Shown here: positions 1-14,100 of the stretch, piece after piece
Numbering within the stretch: the stretch's first letter is position 1
How the letters are laid out: each line of letters begins with the position of its first letter
DNA from: Takakia lepidozioides
Taxonomy: Eukaryota; Plantae; Bryophyta
Reading direction: 5' to 3'
DNA: 64,000 bases
NCBI GenBank assembly: GCA_030704615.1
Contig: CM060731.1
Span: forward strand, 35,402,001-35,466,000
Position numbers and translations under genes: made by a program
Notes under the pieces: model-generated
What the model saw: the letters and a program-made list of their open reading frames with translations, nothing else
What the model was told of the DNA's origin: nothing
Database searches by the model: none

Positions 1-36
1 CAGGACGTCCTCGATCGTCTCCATTCTCTTCCCCAT
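1..36 (-). CDS. Possible N-terminus of a gene running off the left edge (MGKRMETIEDVL...)
   Basis: ATG at 36 on the minus strand, open to the window edge, with an in-frame upstream TAG. Minus-strand GTAAG donor-like sites near 481 and 1049 suggest a spliced 5' UTR, divergent from the 1368 gene. Too short to identify. Confidence 0.3.
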   Translation of the reverse strand, partial: MGKRMETIEDVL

Positions 37-1306
37 CTTCTCCGCACATAGGCCCCAACCCAGTGCAAAAATGAAGACCTAAGTTGCGAAACCCGGACTA
101 GTTTTTTGTCTCTGGGGAAATAAGCTCCCTTCGACACAAAGCGCAGCGCCAAATTGTAGCCTGCATTTAAACCGGGGCTGTGGTTTTACAAGACAACACA
201 AGACAAAGAGTGCCTGCAAAGGCATCAGAATGCGAACACAAAGTTCTTACTCCAGAAGCATAATTGCCACATCACAACCTCGGAAAACCATCGGAAAATA
301 AAAATGTCCATTCCTAACCAACAAAAATTATGCCACAAGATATGTTTCCCACCAAGGCTGCCAAGCAACAGCCTCGCAAGTTCTCCAAGACAAAGCCTGT
401 AACCAAATCTGCAAACAAAATATTCTGAGACTCAAGAGACAATTGAGTTGAAGAAAAAACAAGCTGTTATCACCTACTTACCCAAGTGTCAGAGGAGATG
501 TGATCCTGAAAAGAATAGAAAGAAGCGTTCTATAAATTTAACAAACCTAAAATTACATCAAACCCACGGAGCAGCACAGAGCACACTGCGAATTTGGTTC
601 TAAAACATGACCAAAGAACTCCACGCACATGAGATTTGAACTAGATTTTACGCGAGGAAGAAAGAGCATACATACATTGAAGATGTGAAATGGATTACAT
701 GTGCTGGATGAGCACAGATCCTTCACGAGGCTCTGCTTCTGGCATCGAAGTGGAGACAGACATGCACAGCATTAATCACAGGAAACATTTCCAGGGACAA
801 CAACCGGTACACTCTCACCGCCGACTGACGACGTGTCGCACACGTTCATCCAATATCCATGCGGATGCACAGGCGACGCAGATGGATGTACGAACAATTG
901 GTGTGACGATGTCGACGAATCCTGCAAAAAGTACATCCGATAAGATATTGTCGGATGTTTGCCCGCCGTCGACGGCCGGGAATCGACGATCCAAACTTGT
1001 CGCGGCGGACAAGCTGGGCCAACCACTCACTTTGCCGCGTGTCGCTTACCGAGTGGCCCCAAGGACGAAACTTCCGGTGAAATGAAAGAGACGAAAACCA
1101 CTAATTTATTTATAAATCTATTATTTTTGTATTCCCCGGATCCATCGGACTATAAATATATCCGCGGAATAACGGAATAACCCTACGAGTCGCCAGCTGT
1201 GTTGTTCGGTGGTTAGTTAAGATCAGGGAATATTCTTCTGGGTTCTTCTACCCTGTGGTAAAATGGAAGTGGGCGTAAATGTAATCTAGGACGTCCCTGA
1301 TGTTCG

Positions 1307-1315
1307 AAACCCTAA
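1307..1315 (+). promoter_or_regulatory. Telo-box (AAACCCTAA) upstream of the KGD4-like gene
   Basis: Exact AAACCCTAA about 50 bp upstream of the ATG at 1368. Telo-boxes are established plant promoter/5' UTR elements. Confidence 0.45.
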
Positions 1316-1367
1316 TAAGCAAGGTGTTGTTGTGAGGTGGGGAGGGAGAGAAGAGGGCGAAGTAGCT

Positions 1368-2209
1368 ATGGTGGCCTCTCGGATTGCCAAGCGCATTCCG
1401 CTCATCAAGTTTCCTAATCGTCGTGGCCCTCAAGCTACCTCATCTGGTACGTGTTTTTCCTACTTCAAATTGGAGTGCGCGACTTGAAACTGCCTTCCCT
1501 TTTGGTGCTCTCCTAACTTGATAGATTGTTGCGTCGTAGCCATAGATCATTTCAGGCTAGGGCCACGTTTTTGGTGCATCTCGAAGTGTAAGGGGGCATC
1601 TTTCACATCAATTCAGAGGACTAACCTTTCAGAAAAACTATTAGTCTCTCAGTATTCTAAAGAGAGGTCTGAAGACCTTAGGGATCAACGGGAATTAGCC
1701 TGTTATGCACCGCAGTCACATCTTTTGCACGGTAAGCCTCTCCAGGAGGGTTAGTATCCCATGGGGACTTTTTCCTTGAAGGGTTGTGATCACCAGGAGG
1801 AGACCATTTCACCCCTCTCTCGCCTGGTCGCTCAGTGTGGCTGTTGGTGCAAACGCAGTTGTTGCAGCAGAGGGCCTAGAGGAGCAGTGCCGAAATCAAC
1901 CTCCTGTTCTCTAGTACGATGCAGTGCATAAGCAAATCCTCGCTTCCTTGTGAGTAGGTTGTTATCTACAGCATGGTTAGTGCTACAGCATCTCATGTTG
2001 ATCCTGAAACCTCAGAATTGGCCTTGAGGGATATATATCCTGAATGACTGTGCCCTGATTGGATATTGCATGGCTGGATGCATGTGCAGAGGCACCTCCA
2101 AGGCCTTCAAGCAGACCAAAGGAAGGGACCGAATTGCAAGGGGGCACTGCTACTAGTCAACCTCCCCGTACCAAAGTCTCTGCCAAGGAGATTGAGGCTA
2201 TTCTTGTAA

Positions 2210-2240
<31 letters not shown>

Positions 2241-2520
2241 TCTGTTCATTCTTATGTCAAAGTGATAATATCGTAATAGCATCTTTGAAGTGAAATGTTT
2301 AGCTATGGCTGCGTGATCTTTATCGGCTCCTTAGCTGGTACTTCTGCAAGCCAGGCTGCATGGAGGTTGTTGTTTATTATTCTTTGGCTGGATGTTTCTG
2401 GGTTGAGGACGGGTGTCACAACATGGTATGACAAGACTGTGCCAAACTCCCTGCTGTCTTCTGATCTCTACCAAATCTAAACTTTTTCCTCTGTGGTGTC
2501 AGCTTGGCGGCATGGATTGA
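1368..2520 (+). CDS. Small mitochondrial KGD4/MRPS36-like protein, join(1368..1446,2090..2205,2503..2520), 70 aa
   Basis: Manual splicing across GT-AG introns (phases 1 and 0) gives MVASRIAKRIPLIKFPNRRGPQATSSEAPPRPSSRPKEGTELQGGTATSQPPRTKVSAKEIEAILLGGMD*. The N-terminal 'RIPxIKFP' and C-terminal 'SxxEIEAILLGG' motifs match the Kgd4/MRPS36 family. Confidence 0.8.
2210..2243 (+). repeat. (CT)n microsatellite in intron 2 of the KGD4-like gene
   Basis: ctctctctctctctctatctctctctctctctg directly after the donor site. Confidence 0.9.
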
Positions 2521-5152
2521 TGCCGTTTTCAGGTTCTCCGATCTTTCACTCCTCTTCTGTGGTTGTTGGTTGAATAATTGATGGCGATGGAGTTTTGGCA
2601 ATCAGGTCCACTTGCTCATCTCAGGTGGTGTGACTTGGTACGAATCCTTAATGGTTATAAGCTTATGCTGTTCTTTTGCTTAACACTGTCACTCATTGCA
2701 TGCTGGGGTCTCTCTCTTGGACAGCTGTGGAGGACACAGACATGCAGGAGTCATTTTTTTATTTGCATAATGTCAGCTTATTATCACTTTGTAACTGCAT
2801 AGAGTCCTGGTTTTTACCCTCTCTCTTGGCCAATGCTTTTGGGCAAGGGAGTTACAATTCTTCCTTATTGGAATGATCACACTGAAAATTAAGACCAGCT
2901 AAACTACAGCTCAATTTTTTGTCTGTTGCAGGGTTGTGACAGTTCCTTTCTGAGATTGGCATACATAAGGGTTGATGACTAGAAGTATGTGGCATGTTCC
3001 ACAAATGAACTCGTAGCCATTGAACCATGCTTGCAGTAGCCTGTGGCCATGCATTTGGTGGCCTGTTTGGACGGAGCAGAACGGAGAGAGGAATAGTTCT
3101 TCAGTGTAGGGACATGCACAGGTCTAGAACTCAAGCCTCCAAGAAATCTCATTAACTTTTGCCATGAATCGAATTGGCATGTTTTAGTAACATAGTAGGC
3201 TGCCCAGATTACCAAATTGGAAGTGTCTGAATTTGACATGATCTTAGAGAAAAAAATAAAAACCTTGTTTAAGGCCTTGAAACCAACATAGAAAAGGATA
3301 CGTGCCTTTCTTCTCTTCCCACTTAGATCATATCTCATGGTGTGTGCAGGTTGGGAGTCTTTTGTTTATCACCTCACTTGTGGAAACCTGGCAAACATGA
3401 TGTTGTCCAGATGGAGGTTCTTGTGTGTGTTTGGAAATGAGAGTCCTGGGGAGTTCATGGTGTGAAATCTGCTTGGAGATGAAGTAAGGGTTTGCATGAA
3501 TACTCCATTTGATCACACATGGGTGACTACTGTTTCCTAGCATCACGAGATTTTTTTGCTACTAGACAGTTCCACAGGTGCATCCGCCTGGTGATCTTGC
3601 AGATTGGTCTGCTGACGTTCAAGTACAAGTACCTGTACTTGTGCATCATTGCAGAAAGAGTACACCTCCCACTCAGCGAGACTGCCTTTACTTTGACAGT
3701 CAAGGCCGGTTTCTAACCTGGTCCACCCCCTCCTTTGCAGAAGCTGAATGGAACACAGGCCATGCCCCTCTATCCCTCCCTGCTTTTGCCATATCTGTCT
3801 CTTCGACGATGTAGATGCAGTCAGGCTTTGATGCGCCGGTTGCCAAGGACGCCCATGGGAACACAGCCATGATGTTGATCCATCCTCTGAGCTCAGGCAT
3901 CTGAAGTACTACATTTGGAACTTACAAAACATTTACAAACAAGTCATGTTCTTCAATGCTGGCGTGTGAAAAAATGGCCTCACGAATTCAACTGGCATCT
4001 GAGATGTGTCTCTTGCCCAACTGCAAATTGGAAATCTTCTTGGCCATATGGCTCTGCCTGGTCCACCACTGATAGCAAATGGACACATGCTGATGGCAGA
4101 CTCCATGTCTGCTGAATGTGGACCGTGATTGACTGGTTGGCCTTCAGAACTTGCATACTCCAAGGAAAACAGACAACCAGTTGTAGAGAACATCAGTTCA
4201 GCTATGTAAATTTAAAATTCTTAAGTTGGCATGACTGGTGGTCAGAGCTTAAATCTCTGCCAGCACACAGAAAGGAATGTGAAAGAGAGGATTTGTCAAG
4301 AAACTGTGCCACAGAAGATTCAGATGAACTGAGAAAGGTGGAGGTTGTAGGGTGGGTTTGCATTCTGGAAGGAGGCCGGAGCAGCCATAGGTTTCGAGAG
4401 CTCCTTTGTCAGAAAGATCAGCGCATTGCTAAGTAGCAAGCAACGCTTTGGAACTAATTATTGGCGTTGTACTCATGGTGAAATCAAAGCTGATTCTTTC
4501 TTCCATCTGCTATCCCCCATAGCTTCATGTTGAGGGAGTTAGTGCAAGGAGCGACAGAATCTTACGGACCAGGGAGAAGTGGCAAGTGTGTGCTAGAAAC
4601 TTCACAAAGCCATGTTCAGTTTCTTCACAGAAGTCAACTGACACAAGGAAGAATAATACGCAAGAATGGATGGGAACTGTGTGTATGTTCACAACCATTT
4701 TATTTCAGGTAGCTCCAGTAACAATGTACACAGTTGCTGCCCAAGAAATAAAGTCCCGGGATAAGCACTAGTGCAGGACACATCCAGGTTGTGTGTGCAA
4801 TGCTAAGAGGAAGGAGAAAGGACGAGCGACATTTACAAAGATATGAATTCTAGCATTTGCTTATTACTGAGTTCCAATTTGAGACCACCTGTCCTGTATT
4901 TCCAATCACCACAGATCCTTGCTTCCTACATATGGGTAAGATGGCATTGGGCTGTTGCCCATAAAACCTCATTCCTGCGCTTGGCCCTGGTCGCATGAGT
5001 TTCCCACAGGAAGTGAAGACTTGCTTATTGACATGACTTATTGCTGGTCCCAGTCATGCAGGCATGTTGCATTGACTAGAAAAGTATATAGACATTGTAC
5101 AGACATGCCAGTAGAAGAACAGAGAGGATGAATCAACACCATTAGACCCGTC

Positions 5153-8100
5153 TCAAGAGAGCATTGAACGGGCTTCCGTGACAGAGCGCGGAGGCTCCAG
5201 GTCCTTCTCATGAAGCCCACAGCCTTGCAGCCGTTGCATTTGTCTTGTAAACACATCATCCAAAATCTGCACCTCCACAGGCCAATCATTCTCTTCTATC
5301 AGCAACAATCAAATCTGCAGTGCAAAATCAGCAAAAACTTTCCATTGCTGGTAAGCCCAAATGTGAAATACAGAATAAGGTGGGAAGGACTCACACCAAG
5401 GACAAAGGACGAGCCTTTGTACCATGACCTATTCCCTTTCCTGTTTTCCAAAAAGTGGAGCACATCCTGTAGATTGTCCATGCCAAAATACAAGACAGCC
5501 ATTCAGTAGAGTTTATGGCACATGCCCTGGATCTAATAACCAAGTGAAAATAATCCATCCAAACATGTGCGCATACACCTCCCTGGCATGGCCAGATAGA
5601 ATCACATATAAACTAAACAGACACAAGCAGAAAGAAAAAGAAGAGTGTACCTGAGCCATACGGTCCCAATAGCCCCGGCATACAGCAACAAAGACACGTG
5701 TAGTAAACACATCATGGAGGTGAGAGATGGTATCGACAAGCTGTGTGTTGAGTGGCTGCATGCGTTCCCGAATTTCAGTCTCACCGCCCACCTCCCTTAA
5801 TATTTTTTTCAACTTGGTGGTGCGCTGCAATCGTGCCTGCCCTCCACTCACACACCCTCTCCACATCAGTTGTTGCAGTGACCAAAATATGATAGACCCT
5901 GACATCACCTGAGGCCTCCATCTATTTAAAAAGTCCAACCTCAATTTGACCTCTAACATGGACAGGTTGCACAGCTACATGTCTGGCCATTGCCCTGCTT
6001 AATGTATCTTTACACACAAGGAGATAAATGATAACTGAATCATGGTTGCTCTCTGCACTAATGCAATTGCCCTGGGCAACAAATAGACACACACAGACAT
6101 AACTTCCTGTTCCAAAAGAGCAACAAAACTTTCGTGTTCCAAGCACAGAAAAGTGCAACCTACAGATTATGTTCTCTCCTTTTCCTGGCTAAAAAGAAAC
6201 AAGAGAAGGGGTGGAGCGGCAGGGGAGAATACATTATCGGCCAGCTTCTCGACAATGGCTAGTAAAAGGTTTTTGTATTTGGCACGAAGCTCAATGGTGA
6301 CCTCATTAAAGCGCTCCCCAAACTTAACACGGCCATTGCCAGCCCCTTCACCCGGCAAGCAAGCAACCCATGCCTTCATCTGTGCCTCTATCTTGGGCCG
6401 CAGTGTATCCAAAAGCCGCTTTATGCTGTTCAGCATCACTCCCAGCTGCATCATCCCTCAAGTGGCCACAATTTCCTTGTCAGCCTCTTGGACCTATTAT
6501 CCATCCATTCAAGAAAATGGGGGCCAAGAAAGGAGCCATGGACTTACCTGGCTTGGGACACAATAGATGGAAATGGAACGACGACGTGTAAGCTTCTGCA
6601 TGTATTGCAGGCTGAACTTTTTGGGAACCATGACATCCTTGAGAGGAATAAGGACTTCTGCATATTGCTTCTCCAATGCTCCTATTGCTGCCCTTTCAAC
6701 ATCTGTGACTGCCTGCCATCCTCATTCCCAATCAAGAAAACATGTTATGCATCATCACATACTGTGATATGGTAATGCTGCTTGATAACCTTGAGCATGT
6801 GTCCTACTCTGGATGTATTGACCGGTCACTGGTTGATTATCGCATGGAACTGCCACGGCCAACCATTTTCAAGGTTAGGCTTTCGTTTAGCTACACATAA
6901 CATGGAGACGGTGAATGGCAGTAATCAAACTCAAAAGTGTGGCACCAGTAAACTACCAGTTGGTGATAGTGACAGCACTTCCCACTTGTGCTGCTCAGCA
7001 ATTGACCTTTAAAGCAACTGATGCAATACACATGGAAAGGTGGTTTTACATTTTCCAGAGTAATTGTGTACTCAGGCCAGCGACCAATTATGACTTCGTA
7101 TTCATTCACTGTATCCTTGATGCGATCATAAACCTCCTCCACAAATGGCGAGGTGGAATTCTTTGTTGTCACCCACGTCCATCGCTCCTACACCCATATT
7201 GAGCACCTCCTTCCATCAGTTTAATTTCTTTTGTCTACATCACAGTCTGTGTAAGATTACCATGTGGATTTTTTGAAAACAAAGGACTGACAAAACAGGA
7301 AGGGAGTGCGACGAAATTTTACTTTGTCAAATTTGCAGATATCGAGTAGGTGAAGGCGCTTGTCCCGGATCCACAGCATAATGTACAAATGAAACAAGTC
7401 CTTGGCATCCACCCCTCCTTTTTGCACCCTGCCAAAAATCACCAGAGCAGCTTGTAAATGAACATGAAAATGTACATGTACTTATACATGAAAATGACCC
7501 TAGTCACACCATTGGACTGTATCCCACTGGAATAGCCACAGCTTGCTGTAGCAAAACTCAGATCTACACATTGGCATATGCATAATGTGGGCACCATGTT
7601 TCTGCAGCTATAAGGCCATGGCAGGGAGGTCACCTTATACCCCACGAGGCTAGATCTCGTTGGAAGTCAGCAGTGGCTATGATGAGCTCTGCCACAGGAA
7701 CCGAAGGGCAGGAAGGCGGACAGGAAACCAAAAAGGTGCGCAGACGATGGGCCAGCTCCATGTTGTAGATGCTTGCTGCAATGTTAGGCAGATCGATGGA
7801 GCTGTCATGCCACCCAAACTTCAAGTCAATTCACAATAAAGAGAACCTGCACCACACCTCCTCTCCATCAAGTGCTTTCCATGTTCTGCACGTCATCAAT
7901 CTCAAACACTGTATTTCTCAGATAAAGTGCAACTATAGCAGTGTACAAGTGGTGGGGCTACAGACCTCGGCAACACATGCATGTTGTGGATATCAATATC
8001 CGCCTGCACTTCTTTCCCAATTTGCACACACAAATTTTTCATCTTGAGGTATGCTGATGCAATACTCAAAGGATCCTTTAGGCAAGCTTCACTCTTAGTT

Positions 8101-11100
8101 GACACATACTCATTGGTCTCTGCCATATGCTGCTTGCACCTCTTCTTGGCAGCTGTCTGTTCATCCAGAAATGCCCTGCTCGTGAAGGTCTTCAGAGAAA
8201 GTGATATGAAAACTTTCACATGCCAGAGTAGAAGTATGCACAAACAAGCATCTCTCTCATGGCCCTCTGTGGATGTCAGAAATCTCTTTCTTCTTTTGAC
8301 CCTCTACCCTCAAACACACATGCATGTTGAAAAATAGGATTCTGAAATGGCAAACTCTGAAATAGTTTCACATGGTGCTCTGAGCCTCCAAAGAGAGTAT
8401 GTCATGCAACAAGGAAGTATAGAATTCTAGGTTGGGTGAAATGGAAAACCGTGAAATAGTCTCGCAAAGTGCTCTGAGCCTCCAAAGAGAGGATGTCATG
8501 CAACAAAGTATAGATTCTCATGGCTGGCACCAACGCAGGGGCAACACAGCCAACTGTGGACATGAAGATGTCAGCCAAGCCCGAAGGTGACGTACTGTCG
8601 AGGGACTTGTAATTCTCAAATACCACAGCAAGCAGTTGAGCCACCTGTTCCTCCACATCTACTAGTATTTGTTTCTGAAAACCAGCATCCCTCCCCCTGC
8701 TGCTCCATTACAAAATAGCTCTCCATACTTATGTACAGTAGCCCAACTGAGAATAGCCTAGATGACCAACGTTAGCCAAGTCGTGTTTTTCTGTACATGT
8801 TACCAGTCATAATAGTACCGGGTACACATCAGGTCATCAATATCACAACCAGCATGTTGGAAGGTTTTACATTTGCACATACTAGGCTTTGCTGAAGAAC
8901 TTGCCTCAGTACCAGAGAGTCTAATTACTGGGAAGCAGTCAAATCCTCTCTTTATGCTATTGCCAGAAAACAATCACTTGCCTACAGTGAGTTCCCTTCC
9001 AAATGACTGACACCCCCTTACATTATGAAGTCCAGGTGATGGTAGGAAATTAGAAATAAGTTGCCGCATACAAGTGTTCAAGAAACTTTGAGAAACTTTG
9101 AAAAGATTCAAAATTTGTCTTCAGAAAAGAGGGGCGAGGAAGGGGATCATTGGGGCCAGCACCGAAAATTGAAATAGAGTAGGAGAGAACACCTCCTGCC
9201 TATTGAGAGAGTTCTCGTCACGAGCTTTGATGGTGGGGCACAACAAGTCATGAATGAGTACAAGGCAGTCTTCAGTAGGTGTGGCCACTTCCATTACACG
9301 CACCAAATACCTGCCACCATTGTTCTATCAGGCCAGTAGGACAGCAATTTCCCATATTCAGTGACAGACAATTTTTGATATTGGATACCTTTTCCTCTAT
9401 AAATTTCAGGAGGGTTACAACTTTTGATGCTGGCAGCAAGTTGAGTTACTTTTTAATGATATGAACATCATAATTTCTCATTAACAGACACAAGTGTCAA
9501 AGTTGGCTGCAGATGCATATGCAGGGGAAGGCACATGATCTGTCACCAGCCTTTCTATTCTGGACTATTATAGAGGTGCACAACAAACCTGAGTTTTGTG
9601 TATGCATCTGACACCCCATAACATGAGGCGAATTCAGAGAGCAACCACAACCAGGAACCATGCAACCGCAGGTTGCGGAGATGAAACTGTTGCACTCGCA
9701 TTGCCACCTCCAACACTATGTCATATGCCCTCGTCTCTCCCACTGGACCCCACTGAAGTCACCAACAAGGTGAGCTAATGCTTAGGTCTCCAAGGTTGAA
9801 AAATTCACATGTAGAGGTAGTGCATATAAATGAATGAAGCATACAGGGTAAGCCAGTACTGAAGCAAAAACCAATAAAGAATGACAAAAGAAAGAGCGAG
9901 ACGAACAGCAGTCAGGTTGGGACACCCAATGCTGGGAAACGATGCAAGGGTATATACCTTGGGCATATGTTTGAAGTACATTTTACAAAGCAGTTGTGTA
10001 GTTCTATTCACAAAACTCATGCAATGGGACAAGTGATCATACCTTGGCAGAACTGATGTCCCCCAAGTTGGTACTGTAGCTGAAGAACATTTGCACCTTG
10101 CCTACGCACTCATGCTCGGGCTCATTGTAGATGTTGTACCACTGTACCCGATCATTCTACAGAAAAATACCACGTCTTTGCAAGTCAATATTTTTATACA
10201 CATCACTAAACGTGTGGGGGATCATGCAATGCTGCCCTTAGTTCAGAAGCATGCATATTCCAATGCATCACAGAATTTCACTTTCCTCACCATCATGAGA
10301 GGAAAACGAGAAACAATGGAAAACTATAACGTCCACAGGCTAAAAGAGCTCTGGACAAAACAGGGACACAGAAGAAGAAATTTATTGTCCATGTGAGGCC
10401 CGGAGGCGAGAGAGAGGGAGGAGTTTCAGAACTGAGAGGAAAAGGGGGACAGATAAGAGACCAGATCATCGCAGATGGAAGCAAGCTGGACAATGGTACG
10501 ACCATGTGAAGAGCCCTTGGAGTCTTGGATCTCCAACAGTAGATCATCCCCTGGGCTCTCTGGGAGGCTGCAAAATGCAATCTATGCTCTCCTTAGCAGT
10601 TTGAAAATATCCACAAACTTTATGCTCACCAGCTGTTGCCACATACGATATGAAGCCAAGTAACCGAGGTCACAGGAAGAAGAAATGCAGATGATAGGAA
10701 CATGTGTACATACAATACAGAGGAATCGCCACCAGGCTGCATGTGCACTGCATCTTTCGCTGCTGAGCTTTTCAAACGCAGCACACACAAGAAGTTTTCT
10801 GCCACACAAGACAATCGGTTCCATCAAATGACGCACATGCCCTTGCCTTAGTCTACCTCACAAACCTACCAGACCAGCTATCAACTCATACTCTGATAAG
10901 CCTCCTGTCACTTGACTGATGGTTGTAGAAGGAACAAGGGCAATAAACAAGAAATATCAGAATTGACCTCAAACTGTCAATAACCAAACATAAGAAAATC
11001 AGTCATGCTAGAGATAAGTAAGATAGACTGAAAAGGGGGACAACGACCTTGTGGAGCTTCAGTGAGTGAACTATGCCGGAAGATGTTGACTTTACGCTTG

Positions 11101-14100
11101 AGGATTTCAGACATCTGGCGCATGTACTGGGCACCAGCATTGACATAGGTCAGACTGCGCTGGGATGATGAGGCAGTACGCACACTTGATTTGTGAATGA
11201 TGCGAATCTTTCTCACTGCCACCCACCCCATGCAAAAGGGAGATCATTTATTAGAATTTCATTTACCTCAAATTGGCAGGTATGAGCAGGATAGAAAGCT
11301 GGTTCATCACCCACATCTTCATCACTATCTTTCCACTGCTCCCCACCCATCACACATTGGCTGATCACCCTTCAATCTTCTCTCACCCATTGTGTGGGGC
11401 AGGTTGTGATAGAAACTCTCTCTCTCTCTCCCTCTCTCTTGTTCTGCTCAAACTGGGGGCAGGGTCAAAGGCCACAAGGCTACGGCAAACAACGGCTTAT
11501 GAGTAAATTCTCTCTCTCTCTCTCTCCCCACTCTCAAATGTGCAGTGGTAGCATTCAACGACAGAGGAGAGGGAGGAAGTGATCTTAAGTGGCAGTGGGG
11601 TAGCCAAGAGATCCCGGTCCTCCCTTCCTACACTTACCTGGGCGTTGAGTTCTCCTCCAATTGTAATTGGGATGCACATATCCGGAAAGTTGTTCAAACT
11701 GGCAAGGGCAAAGCTCTGGGGCTCACTAAATTTTTCCACTGCAGAGGGGTCACCTCTGAGGTTAAGAAAACCATGCTTTGTCGCGTTATTAGACCTGCCT
11801 TGCAGTACGGATCTGCTATATGGGTTGATAACTCCAACCAGGCTAAGTCTCTAGAATCCATTCAAGTGGGGGTGCTTAAGGAGTGTATGTCAGCATGCTC
11901 CAAAACAGCCAATGTGGCTGTTCGGGGTGAGTTTGGCATTCCGTCCTTAAGCTCCCGACGAGATGAATTCAAGGTCAGATGGTGGGGTCAGCTGCAACAT
12001 ATGCCCAACACCAGATATCCTAAGTTAATCGACTCTATGCCTAACTTCATTTTCATCAGACAATCTCATGGCAACAGACATGGCTGAGGACACTACAGCC
12101 TCTAAGTCAGATTTATCCAGCAGGGTCAAGACTTGCGGATCCAGGTCCAGGTCCTTGAGGATCTCTTCTACTCTCTTCTGCCAGGACTTAGCCTGTTTGA
12201 CAGGGCGGTCCTGTTTCCAAGAACTTCCCTGAACTTGTTTCCAGTCTGTGACATGGGGGAGGACATCTTGGATGACCTCAAGGGTCTACCCACTCTCGGC
12301 ACTAGACTGAAATTTAAACTCAGGGCAGGAAGCCTACCTTTGAACAGCAAACAGAAGCAGAGAGGAAAGGGAGAGTGCAATTGCCCGTTGTGTGGGCAAT
12401 CTGAAGACAGTATTCGTTTTCTGATACACTGTCCGGGGTTCTCTCACCAAAGAGACGCTCTCTTCAAATCTATCCAGGGAATTGTGCCTGTACCCCTGTT
12501 TACCAACTTTGAAAGTCTCGAGGCTGAGCCAAAAGCCCAGGCCCTCCTGAGGCATAGTTTTTGGGCAAATCACACACAGCAGATTGATGCTTGTGTGAAG
12601 GGATTTCTAGAGGATATCTGGAAAACCCGGATTAATTCTATATATGAAGGTAAGTCTTACTACCAACGTCAGCCCCTGACAGAGGTAGGTTCTGTCCCTT
12701 TTGTTCCCGCTCAAACTGGGCGCGGGGTCAATGGCCACAAGGCTACGGCAAACAACGTCTTATGAGTACAATCTCCCCACTCTCAGCACCAGACTGAAAT
12801 TTAAACTCAGGGCAGGAAGCCTACCTTTGAACAGTAAACAGAAGCAGAGAGGAAAGGGAGAGTGCAATTGCCCGTTGTGTGGGCAACCCGAAGACAATAT
12901 TCATTTTCTGATTCACTGTCCGGGGTACTCTCACCAGAGAGAAGCTCTCCTCCAATCTATCAAGAGAATTGTGCCTGTACCTTTGTTTACCAACTTTGAA
13001 AGTCTCGGAGCTGAGCCAAAAGCCCAGGCCCTTCTGAGGCCTAGTTTTTGGGCAAATCACACACAGCAGATTGATGCTTGTGTGAAGGGATTTCTAGAGG
13101 ATATCTGGAAAACCCAAATCAATTCTTTGAATAAAGGTAAGTCTTACTACCAATGTCAGCCCCTGACAGAGGTAGGTTCTGTCCCTTAGGTTTCCGCTCA
13201 AACTGGGCGAGGGGTCAATGGCCACAAGGCTATAGCAAACAACGTCTTAAGAGTACATTCTCTCTCATGAAGTTAGGCAGAAAACTTCCCTGAACTTGTT
13301 TCCAGTCTGTGACATGGGGGAGGACATCTCAAGGGTCTACCCACTCTCGGCACTAGACTGACATTAAAACTCAGGGGGGGACCTTTGAACAGCAAACAGA
13401 AGCAGAGAGGAAAGGGAGAGTGCAATTGCCCGTTGTGTGGGCAACCTGAAGCAATATTCATTTTCTGATTCATGGTCCAGGGTTCTCTCACGAGAGAGAC
13501 GCTCTCTTCAAATGTATCAAGGGAATTGTGCCTGTACCTCTGTTTACCAACTTTGAAAGTCTCGAGGCTGAGCCAAAATCCCAGGCCCTTTTGGGACCTA
13601 GTTATTGGGCAAACCACACACAGCAGGTTGATGCTTGTGTAAAGGGATTTCTAGAGGATATCTGGAAAACCCGGATCAATTGTTTATACCAAGGTAAGTC
13701 TTACTACCGGCGTCAGCCCCTGACAAAGGTAAGTTCTGTCCCTTTGTGTTCCGCTCAAACTGGGCACGGGGTCAATGGCCACAAGGCATGTAGCCCAGTG
13801 GTAATGGGCACATACCACGTTGGATGTGGTTGTGGGTTCAAACGGTTTGGTGTGTCATGAAGGTGTCCACCTTTCAGCTGGAAGGCAGTAGCCCTTGTGG
13901 TGAAGAGACACCATAAGTTGCGCTCCCTTCGGGAGGCGTCATACTTTTTTCAGGTGATCAAATAAGTCACATAGGGTTTTCTATAGGTTGAAATTATCTT
14001 TACGAAGCATATGGTTCTTTTTTTTCTTTTTTTTATATGTTTAAAATTATATTCACACACCATGTAGACCATATTAACGAGAAAGACCCTATGTCCGTCT

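Noticed and set aside
3500-4520. Coding-like composition on the minus strand downstream of the AT4G24610-like gene
   Set aside because: All frames I translated are broken by stops and no motif was recognised. It may be a UTR or an old pseudogene, but I cannot support either.
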